Assembly (NCBI GenBank): GCA_017499595.2
Contig: CM039010.1
Location: forward strand, 682,001 to 746,000
Source: Psilocybe cubensis
Lineage: Eukaryota
DNA length: 64,000 nt
Direction of reading: 5' to 3'
Numbering within the stretch: position 1 is the first letter of the stretch; each line of letters begins with the position of its first letter. Under the pieces are notes generated by a model. The model saw only the letters and a program-made list of their open reading frames with translations. It ran no database searches and was not told where the DNA came from. Below, in pieces: positions 51,723 to 62,299 of the stretch. The position numbers were made by a program, and so were the translations under genes.

Positions 51723-54367
51723 ATGAAGCGGGTCGGTACACAGGGATATCGCAACAGATCAAAAACTGATAGATTTCATTGAAGCAGCGTTCCAATGTCC
51801 AGAAAAATGTTGCTCAATTTCTGGATGTAGAAGCGGGAGTTGACGATGGCGAGGAGGCGGACTCCGGCGAGGAAGAGTCTGAACAAGAACTAGACAGTAC
51901 GCGCCTATCTTATCTATTCTCCTGGGCAGCGCATACCGCGAACACCATCCTTACAAAACAATCCTAGACGAGTTTCTCGATGAACAGGAAGTCGACGGAG
52001 TAGACGTCCACCCTCGGTCGCTGGATGAATATGCTCAAATGAACGACGAAGCTCTAGAGGCGTTACTACTGCGATCCAAGGAAAGAAGCCTTGCGGAATC
52101 AAACCGACGAAAATCAAACTGTGTAGACGCAGCAGATGATATATTTTCTCCCAGTTTTTTGCCTGTATTAACTGAAGCGGATTTTCCCCTGTGGAAGGTG
52201 ACTTGTCGCGTAAGTTCTACCCTACGCGTCTTGTCTACTTGTTATGTTGACGTTTCCATAATATAGGTTGGCAGGGAAGAATTGGCTATTGCATCTTTAC
52301 TATTAAATGCTCAGGACAAGCACAAAATTCGATCTGCTTTTTCTGTTGAGAGGATGAAGGGATGTATATTTTTGGAAACACTTTGGAATCCCAATACCGT
52401 CGATCTGTTGAAGAAGACTCCGGGCGTTTTGGTAACAAAGCGAGGCGTACAACAATCATTAGTTTTGCCTGACGATTACCGAGAAATACTTCGGGGACAA
52501 GGCAAAATCTCACCCCCAAAACGTGGATCCTGGGTCACCGTCTCAAAAGGTGCATATCGAGGAGACGTCGCGCTGGTGAAGGAAACAGAAGGGAGGCTTG
52601 TACGCCTGTTAATGCTTCCTCGTCTTCCCTTACCCGGTGCAAGCAGGGTCACCAAAAGAAGGAAGACAGACCATTCTGGAGATTCTGTTCTTTGGTCGAA
52701 GACGCAATGGACGGAGTGGTTGAATTCTCAAGGGCGCTCCCATCAGGTCGTAGAGCATACGGAACACTGCTGGCAAATAGGGAATACTCTTTTCGAACAT
52801 GGACTGATGATTCAGGACATTGGACAGGATTCTATCGATGTCGTCGTCGAGGAAATGCCCTTTCATTACTTCCGGCTTTTTCAACAATCTACGCACAGCT
52901 CCCTGGACTCCTCATACATGCTACGTCCCACCGAGTGGAAATTTGAACCTGGAGAGGCCATTCTGGCGGCAAGTATTGAAGGATCGCAATCTAGAGAAGC
53001 CTCTGTAGTCGCTATCCATCCGTACTATTTAGAGGTGGCATACACAACCCATGATTCGCATAATATCGCAGATACCTCGCTGGTGCCGTGGATTCGCGTG
53101 ACAAAATTGTTTCAACTCGGCGATTACGTTTCTGTACAGAGCGGGGAAAATCAGGGCGTTGAAGGTTGGCTAATTGCGAAAACAAATGAGGCGGTCGTGA
53201 TAGGACTTTTCGACTCGGACCTTCTGACAATCCCAAGTTTGCAAGTCTTGGACAATATACAGGTAAGACTTCGTCCTTTTCACCTTGAGTAAATTTTCTG
53301 ACAAAACGTTTGATATTTAGACAATAGAAGCGCCTATAAACTGGGTGCATGTTTCAAAAGCTCCTTTTCAACATCGGATGAAAGAAAACAAGAAAAAGAA
53401 AGTTGAAATCCCTTCTGAGGCTCGTCATTTTTGGTGTGATACAGAAGTTTTGATATCAAAACAGCATCATCCTATGAAAACTCGCCGAGGCAAAGTGGTG
53501 GACGTTTCGCCTTCCGCTGATTCTATACAAAACATGAGAGTGCTAGTAGAGCTATTAGACTACCACGCAGCCTGTCCTTTTTAAAAAATCCTTTTAAATT
53601 ACGGCGACGTTGTTGACGCAAGGTAACGCTTTCGATTCTTACACCGTATGACGCTGCGAGATCGACATTAATAAAAGTTTAACAGGACGCTTTTGCCTCT
53701 TGGAGATCGACATGCCTTTGATGGGATGCCTACCCTTCTTAATAACCCTGACAGATCTGTCGACACTCTATCACAGTCTGCTGAACGATCTGGTACCCCT
53801 ATTCCAACCAGCCCAATCGCCGACGGGCAATGGGATCCTTCAGCACCGTTACCCCACAATCCTCAATCCTCAATGTTGCCCTCGGAATACTCTCATCCCT
53901 CCCACGTTCTATTCAAAGAAATGCTGGTGGGACAGAAAGTCGCCGTCTATATCAAAGGGGGTTCATTCAAAGATTCCAAACGACATTACTTCGTAACTAT
54001 CGCTCGAGACGAAAGAAACCATTTCACATTGCTTTTGCTGCGCCAAAAAAGGCCTTCAATGACTCTACAGCCAGAATGGGTTACGCCAAAGCATCCCAGC
54101 GGGACTCACACTAACGACCTGCTGTTTGTTGTTGATGGAGAGAACCAACACCAATTTGTTCGCCGGATCGCTCAGCGAGACTTAGTGAACCAATCCCCTA
54201 TCCTTTTAGTCAATCCGGTAATGAGGAGGGAAGGGCAATCCGATATTTTATGCGGGGTTCCTTTTGAGGTAGAATCTACTGCGTTAGTCATTGTGGAGGA
54301 AACAGACTTGGAGAGACGTGCGAGAGATGCGCTGATGGCAGATTTGAGAAAACCATGGCGCTGCTGA
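51723..54367 (+). pseudogene. Divergent Spt5/NusG paralog (acidic N-terminus, NGN domain, KOW motifs) with one in-frame stop
   Basis: FLDVEAGVDDGEE; LWKVTCRVGREE...IRSAFSVERMKGCIFLET (NGN); GSWVTVSKGAYRGDVALV and FQLGDYVSVQSGENQGVEGWL (KOW). TAA at 53582-53584 inside an otherwise continuous spliced frame. Confidence 0.78.
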
Positions 54368-54754
54368 TATGTATCTCACTCTAATGTAAATCGGCCGGAC
54401 CCAATTCGCGGAAACGAATATATCTGTTTATTAAGGCGTTGGCATTACTGGCTTCTATAGCTAGCTGAAACTAAAATGCGTATCGCGACGTAAGTATCTT
54501 CCGGTTACATTTGCTTCCTTGGATCAGGTGGCGTGGGCAATATTTATGTTATTTCACGCCAGCGTGCGTGTTGAGTTTTTGTTCGAGCTTTGTTTTTTTT
54601 TGCTTCAGCTCTTTCCCCCTTGCCCGCCTTTTGTTCGTAAATCGTCAGTACTCGATACTCAGGCTTTTGACAATTAAGGTAACTTTCATGTGCTTATCAA
54701 AGAGCTAGCATAACAATCTGATGTGCGGGTTCTGCGCTGCTTGTAGCAAACACA

Positions 54755-55360
54755 ATGTGTCGAACTCTCAATGCCTGCCACCGAGGGGACAAAAACATAG
54801 TCATTTCTGTGCTGGATCTCTGTCGTGACACACGAAACTACGGCGGTATGCCCTTCATCTTTCTCAGAAAGTTTACGCTGCTCATTGCCAATCATCACAC
54901 ATATGCAGAGGGAGTTGAGGTGCTACAATGCTACCTAGCGGACTGCTATGAAAAGAACACCGCGCTTTCACAGGATGATGTGCAACTCTTTGCAGACTTC
55001 TTGCAAGACTACGTCCAATGCGTGCGCCGCTCTTGGTTATCAATTTCCCGACCTAGGACCATCCCACCGCCTGGACCTTCAGCTGCCGCCCGCCAGATCC
55101 TCAATGACATAAAAAAAGATGACCTGATTGTTTCTTGTATCAAGGCCCTTGAGATTTCTTTTGACCTCTCAAGGCTTGCACCACGTCGCAGCCGGGCATA
55201 TATTTTGGTCATGGTTCTGTAAGTCAAGGGCTGTCTATCAGAGCATTCTGGCTGACCCTGAGTACCTTTTAGAATTTCAACATTCCTTCTGGCTGTATCA
55301 GAGGTGGCTGAGAGGTCTGAAGGTCGGCGCTATACCCTGGAATCTTTCAATTTTCTCCAA
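54755..55360 (+). pseudogene. Hypothetical helical protein, apparently frameshifted
   Basis: ORF 54755-55222 overlaps a protein-like frame (HHVAAGHIFWSWF...WLYQRWLRGL). No family recognised. Confidence 0.3.
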
Positions 55361-55999
55361 CGTGCAACCCGTGAAGCTCGACAAGCAGGTATCTCGCGTA
55401 GAGACGCAGTCTATAGAGTTATACACACTCAAGTTGGATTGCTTTTCAGCTCTCTGTAGCTGTTTTGTTTGCCGCTGTTGTTGCAGAATAGGTTTTGTCT
55501 TTAGCATCCAACAATTGTTAATTAGTTGTCGTACGTTAACTGCCAATACATCTCCCCATCAATCTACAGCCTGTAGATTTAATCTGCCACAACTATGGTG
55601 AACCAAGAGCATGATCTATATAGAACGGTATGCAGTAATTATGTTTGTTTCTATCTGCACAGTATGCACGCATATCATTCTAGCTTGACAATACCTTAAT
55701 TGTGATACTAGTAGTTGGATAGCCGGTACCCCTATATTTTGATGACCCTGTTCCGCTGACCAGTCATCAATATAATAGCACTATGTCACATACGCCAATG
55801 ACTGCTCTTATGTACCGGTTGCGAAGCCCTGAAACAGCTTTATAACCAAGGGCCTGTCACTGCTTGTTAGTCCCGTCTTTATATACCTCGACACTGCTTA
55901 ATCTCTGGCTGCCATAGCTCTCAATTGAACCTCCTCGACGATTGGATTGATTTCTCTGATTCTAGTTAACTTGCTAACACCTCCCGACCCATAGTTGCT

Positions 56000-56465
56000 A
56001 TGGATGTGGCTCAACATTGCGACCAAACTCGCGTCGATGTCCCAACACCTGAGTCAAACACCTTTCCCGTCCTCTCAAATCGTAATGATTCCCACTTCCA
56101 ATATCAGTTACTCAATCTGGCAATGACCTGTGATACGGTTTTTGGTCTTACCAGGGCGGCAAATGCGCTCCACAACCTCTTGTTGGAGAACTCTGGGATT
56201 CTCGAAGAACGTATTATAACTTGCAGTCGATCCATGGTCGAAGAAGCGGCTGAATTCGCGGATAACGACGTTGTGAGGGCCTCTTCTCGCTGTGTGTTGG
56301 GCGTGAAACGCACGTTCTGACCACCCTTTCATTCAGTTTGAACTTGCCACTATCCTTGCTGCTATCCCCTCGGTCAACTTTCATTTGAATATGGATCTAA
56401 TTCAAGATGCAGCACGTGCCGTCTATGTCGCAGCTGGTCTACGCCGAGACCTAGATGTTCGTTGA
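56000..56465 (+). CDS. Small hypothetical protein
   Basis: 106-aa ORF plus a probable downstream exon. No family recognised. Confidence 0.3.
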
Positions 56466-56584
56466 ATTCCTATTCCTCTGATTCAAATTAACCATAAGCT
56501 AACGTCACGGGTCTAGGAAGCGTTGAAAATATGCAGCTTGGCCTTGACAAAAAAAGAGTGAATTGTTTATGCAAAGCTTATTTA

Positions 56585-59500
56585 TTATACAGCGTCGTCG
56601 TCAGGCTCCTCAGAGTCGCCTCTGTCAACAAATATAGTCCGCGAATACTCGTCGCTTCTATCTACAATTGCCCACCCCTTTTGTTCTCGATATATTCTTC
56701 CAATGACGTTTGTAATTGACTGTAAATCGAGCGCTATCATTGCCCGCTTGTCTGATTCCCTGAAGACCGTAAGGGTTTTTGCTGCATTTTGCCCATTTGT
56801 TCTGTAGGGAGTCACAACAGCCAGCAGCCGAAGGGACCGCTTCCACAAGCCCCAGAAATCATCGCCCGGGACGTTGAATTCGAGAATTAACTCCAAACGT
56901 CCGTAACAGATCTCCGCATTCTCGCGTATAACATTATTATTCCGGTCCTTTGTCACGCCAAGTAGTTCATACTGGCGGTAAATATCATGCCCGCAGTTAA
57001 TAATCAGTCACATTTAGGTATTTTTCCAGGAGTAAGTTGTCAAAAACGCACCTTCACCCAGGATCTGCTTCTTTTATTTCCAATCTCATGCTCTGAATGT
57101 ACTGCTATCCTATCCCCGCCCATAATCCTGACCTTTCCCCAACTTACTAACGTCTGAGGAAGCCTTTCTTGGATTGAGCGGGGGCTCTTCTTGATGATTG
57201 GACTAATATATTCCGCAATTCTTTGTCTAATGTCACGGCTTGGCTTGTACGCTTTGTTTTGTGGCGGCATAAGGATAGAAAGTGGATCTAGTATTATATT
57301 TATTTGTTTAGGAAGTTAAAAATATTTTTGTAAAGCATGATATATATGATATTTATGGTCAACTCACACTGCGCATATAGGTGTTCACGTTCTTTCACTG
57401 AATCTCGTGTACTTCGAGAAGGAACCCCGTGCGACTTTAAGTCGTACAAGTTGTCAATCATAGACAGATAAGCCCTGTTTATGACAGCGTTATCCAAATT
57501 TGCCCATGGACTGACGTGGGATCGAAGCTTGGTTCTCATAAAACCGCAAAACCGCTCCATCCAAAACGTCCAAGTAGCCCAGACAGGTCCACAATAGCGT
57601 ATATTATCGCATAAGTGTAGCATGCCGTGAAGAGTTAATACACACATTGGCAGTCGGTCGTATTTATACTGGTAGTAAAGCCTGCAGACAACATCGAAGA
57701 CTGACTTTAAATGGGCACTGATTTATGCTTACTTTTCGTAATCCTGGACCCAGCTTGCAATGCCTATTTCGAGCGCGCTAAGATCCGCACGCGTCATGGT
57801 CAAGGCTGTTAACTTTTTCATAATGTTGACCAGTCGAATGAAGTGATGATAATAGATTTCTTTCTTAAATCTGTCCTTCAGAAGAAACGGGGCAAGGTAT
57901 ATAAACCAAAATGACCATCCCTCTGCATTGAGATACTTCTTGTTGTTGTAGGGGTTTCCGAGCGCCCCGACAAAATACGAGGGTATCCACTGGACGGCAT
58001 ATTCAGACTCTTTCGCAATTTCTTCCCATATATGCCCTGGGATTATGAAGTCATATTCCTCCTCGTCATCAAAGCCCTTGAACCTTCCCAGCCAGAGATC
58101 TACAAGATTTTTGACTACATTTAGGAACAAGAGATGCATGTAGTCCCAGGGCATCCCCCGAGCGTAGTCCAGTGATTGCACACGCTGAAGTGCAGGCATT
58201 CCCTTAATACCCGTTTGCATGGCTATCTCTCCTCGCCGCTGCGCAGTTGGCGTTTGTAGCATTCTTTCTGTGGTAATTTGCCAGTCGACATGCTTTCGCA
58301 GCGGTAAATTCAAAGGATCATAAATTTTCTCTCGACGGGTTGCCAACAGCGGCACATAATAGACCCCATTTCTTTTCCCGGCAGGCTTGTAGAGCGCTCC
58401 ATGGATTCGACATGATCTACACGGACACAAGCCGTTGTGCCCTTTAATCTTAAGAAATTTTTCCATTGTGACAATATCTCCGGTTGTAAAAATACAATAG
58501 GCACGGAGAAGAAAGATACTGCGAGTAATGCAATTGAAGGTTTTGATGCCTCTGGCTAGCGTCGCCAATTCATCGTCAAAAGGATAGAGGAACGATGTAA
58601 GATTTTTGGGGGCGTTTGGCCCTGGAACAACCCCAAGACAAACCACATGTGCTGAATGAGTCCTAACGTCCGATGGTAAGCTTAAGATTTGCACAAGTAT
58701 GGGCATCGCGGATGGTCCACTTGGCCTATATTTGTAGAGGAGGAAGCCGTCCATACATAACGACAGCGCAATATCGGTAGGAGCGGAGAAGTATTTATGT
58801 GGAAGCTGTTGTCCGTCAACGACAACGTATGTTCTACGCAATTTCTTGTAATGTCCGCAGTCAAACACATCCTCAATATCGTCCGAATCTTCCTTGTTAT
58901 CGTACATGTTCTGTCTATAAGACAAAAGGTTCGCCGTTTCTGGATTTGCAAAAAGTGCCTGGAGTTGCGGTGATAGTGGAATATAACGGAAAATTCGACG
59001 AGATCTGCCTCGCGAATCAAAGCGTGGTTCCCGGCAATAAAAACATAGATTGTCGTCCTTGAATTCTCCCGTGTAAGCCTTGCACAAATTAATGCAACAA
59101 TCGATTATTTGCGGCACAAGGTCTGACAGCTTAGCCACACGATTAACCGTGGCTTTCCAAGAACTTAACGGCATGCGATGGCCAAAATAGTAGGGCATAT
59201 CATCATAGACGGCGCGGGAAAAATTTGACATGATTCGAAACCTGAAAGCCTGTATATGGTCTACGTCCTTTAATGTGAGACTATGGCAACCTGTGAAGCA
59301 TACAGCTAAGTCAAACGCATACTGAAAATCAAAGAATGTCAATAACTTACTATGCTCCATGACATCTATAAGGTCGGAGTTGCTGTCACGATCACTCCAA
59401 TCTGAAGTGTCCTCTACATTCAGTTCCTCCTCAAGAGCAATCCTTGCGGCTATTTCGTCTTCCTCCACATATTCAAAGCTAAAGTTGTCTGGGTGGTCGG

Positions 59501-60314
59501 AAGGTTCGCCGGGACCCTGGGTTGAACCATCACTGCCCGTTGTAGAGTTTGAAATTGTGTCGAGGAAATCATCTCTATGGAGAAAATTGTCTGAACTAAC
59601 AGGGCTCTCAAGGCCGTTGTCGCTTCTAGCGGGTGTTTCCTCGTTCAATCGTTGGATTGGAATGTGAGGGCTTGTATCTTTGGCCTCATCCTCATCCTCA
59701 TCCATTTGATGAAGTAAACCATCACTATAGTGCGAATTTTCCAGGCTGACAGGGGTATCAAGGCCGTCATCCCTTCTTGGAGGAATATCCACATCCAATC
59801 GCAGGATTGAAGGCTGAGGGCTGGTATTATTTTGGGGTTCATCCTCATCCATTCGATGAAGGTCGCAGTTAACACGAAATTTACCTTCCGGAAGACGGCG
59901 CTGCTCATCCTCATCCATCTCACTAAGCTCTTCATTAACATTATATTCAGCTTGGGATATATCTGAACGGCCCCCAGCGCCCGACGAATCTTGTTCTATT
60001 AATAGGTCTGAGTCGTTATCACCTCGATATCTGTGAAGTACTATAGATCAACGGTCCAAGTTTAATGCGATTTTGATAAATACAACATACTGTGGACTAT
60101 GATTTGAACGATTTATAGCGTCGGTAGAATAATCAGTTTCCTCCTCAGTGTCGGGGGGTGGTGTCCTTCCAACCATCCTGTAATGTTTAGCCCAAGTTTG
60201 ACGCGAAATGGGCTTTCCCATACTACGGCAGTTGAGTGCGCAACCACAAAGCACCTTTCCAGTTCTTTTGCGGCGGCGAGTCTGACGACGCTTGCGATGG
60301 GTAGTGCGACGCAT
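56585..60314 (-). CDS. CACTA/EnSpm-superfamily transposase (Tnp2/Transposase_21 plus DUF4218-type region)
   Basis: N-terminal CxC...C; IDCCINLCKAYTG...CFYCREPRF; FRYIPLSPQLQALF; DVFDCGHY; LSLCMDGF; GDIV...KGHNGLCPCRSC; DYMHLLFLN; HGMLHLCDNIRYCGPVWATWTFWMERFCG. No stop codons seen in the exons. Confidence 0.92.
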
Positions 60315-60549
60315 CAATAACTAACTTTACATACGAGTATATACGAATTAAATTGAAAACACGATACACCATGCGTGAAAGCGACGTACTTGTGTACGAA
60401 TTCAGTACGGAATGTTCTTATCAAATTTCTCGATCCTATCTATATACTGGTGCTGTGTACTACTGAAGTTTACTAATTGTCGTTCGTTTCATTATAGTGT
60501 TAGAAGAGAAAGGAAGAAACCCTTCAACCACGTGCAAAGCAGGAGTAAG

Positions 60550-60608
60550 TACACCGCTATTTCGAAATCCATGCCGAGCATCGGCATGGATTTCGAAATA
60601 GCGGTGTA
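60550..60608. repeat. Perfect hairpin (28-bp stem, 3-nt loop) sharing its core with 51459-51502
   Basis: TACACCGCTATTTCGAAATCCATGCCGA-GCA-TCGGCATGGATTTCGAAATAGCGGTGTA. Confidence 0.95.
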
Positions 60609-62299
60609 TAAGTTTACGGCTGCGAAACCGTGGCACGTTTTAGCAACTTACTCCTTCCCATTCTGGTACAGACGCAACAGTACAGCAGAAATCACCTGGA
60701 AGCTCGTCACTTGCAGGATAGACATAGTATGGTAAGTAATTCGTGTCTCCAAAGTATTCGCCTCTTACCATTTCTCGGCGCAAGCTTCTTGGATACCAGG
60801 CGGAGGAGGGGCGGTTATGGGCATAGATGTGCTTTTTGTCGACAACAGCACTTGCGGAACAGTGACACAATCAGCAGTGGGAGGGGCGGAAGATGCGGGG
60901 CTTGCTCATCTTAAATTCCTGAACGACATCCAGCTGATAGAGACAACTCACCACCGTCAGCACCTCCCTTGGACAATGGGTCAGCCGCAAATGACTCATC
61001 TAGTATAGCTAGTATTCTATGATATAGACAGAGAAAAGATGGCTGCGGCATTATCATAGTTATCCAAATAGTCAGGTATATTGTAACTACACAATCAAAT
61101 TATCTTGTAAGCTGCTTGTCTCATTCTTTAGAACAAGCCTCGTCTGCACCCACGGACTCTCGCCTCCATCCCAATATATAGGCCGGACTGCTTGTTGAAT
61201 CTTGCCCATCCTGCTCCCTGACGACGAGTGGCACATTGCTGCCTATCTTTGTCAGTTATAGGCTTGTAAATTGCGGTATTGAGTCAACATCCTGAACGAC
61301 CGTTATGGCTCACTCACTGAAGGGCCCAGTCTTACGCAGAGGTCAGTCGTACTCCCTCTGCTTTCTAACTCTTTACTAACCTTCGTATAAGAATGTAAAC
61401 CTACCACGACGCTTTTCTTTGCTGCATGCGGCATCTATCGCTGGTGTGCGGTCGGCTTAAAGTACTAAGACTGCGGTGGATCTGGATGTGATGAGTGCAG
61501 GCGGGATATGGCAACGTGCCCCCATCTCATAGGGTAAGCCGCCCGCGCCGCATATACCAGCGCACATAGTGATGCTTGCTGAGCCAGATTCCGGGGTTGG
61601 GACAGGGTGGAGAAGAAGGTATGGGTGGGGAGGTGGGCAGGATGCAAGGGATGGCGGTGCCTTATCTTCTCGCGTTAGGGATGTTTGGGAGGGTGTACGT
61701 GCTTTTTCTGTCATATACCCAACGGCGTCTCGTAAATCTCCTCTAAGAGACCGTTTGCTTTCAAATTCTCCAGATCCCATCAAATCGTCTATCTTGCGCG
61801 AATCAGGAATGGGGTGGAATACACCAACATTGAATGGCTCTATTCAACCTTCCGGGAGTACAGGTCTATAACCTCTCCACTTCGCATTGCCAAACAAGAT
61901 TCTCCCAGTGGTCGTGTTCGAGGTCCTGCCGTGGCTCGCAGAACCTCGTCTAGCTACCGATATGTTCATAACAACAACCTTGTGTCCAATTCTCCATTCA
62001 AGTCACTGATACCAACGCCATTGACCCCATCTACACGGCCGCCTCCTATTTCATTTCCGACGAGGAAATATCTGGTGAAAAACACCCACGCCCCTCATCG
62101 ATGCACGAACTAGGAAGCAAAGCAAAACATTCCAGGGTCTTATCGACAAAGAACCAGTTACCAAGAGTCCATTTCGTATTCAACAGAAACAGCCTGTTTC
62201 CCAGCCCCCGAAGCCTCCCCTCGCTCCCATTCAAAACAAACAATCAACTTTATTTTCAACCCCACCCGCGCCGTCACATATTTCACCCCCGGTCTCTAC

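Larger units (their letters stand above)
37737..60608. mobile_element. Large cargo-carrying CACTA/EnSpm-like DNA transposon region (single element or composite; boundaries tentative)
   Basis: Tnp2 transposase, repeat array near the left edge, candidate CACAG terminus at 37737, twin hairpins, and TET/JBP, Spt5-like and RTC4-like cargo with no housekeeping genes. No matching right TIR was found. Confidence 0.55.
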
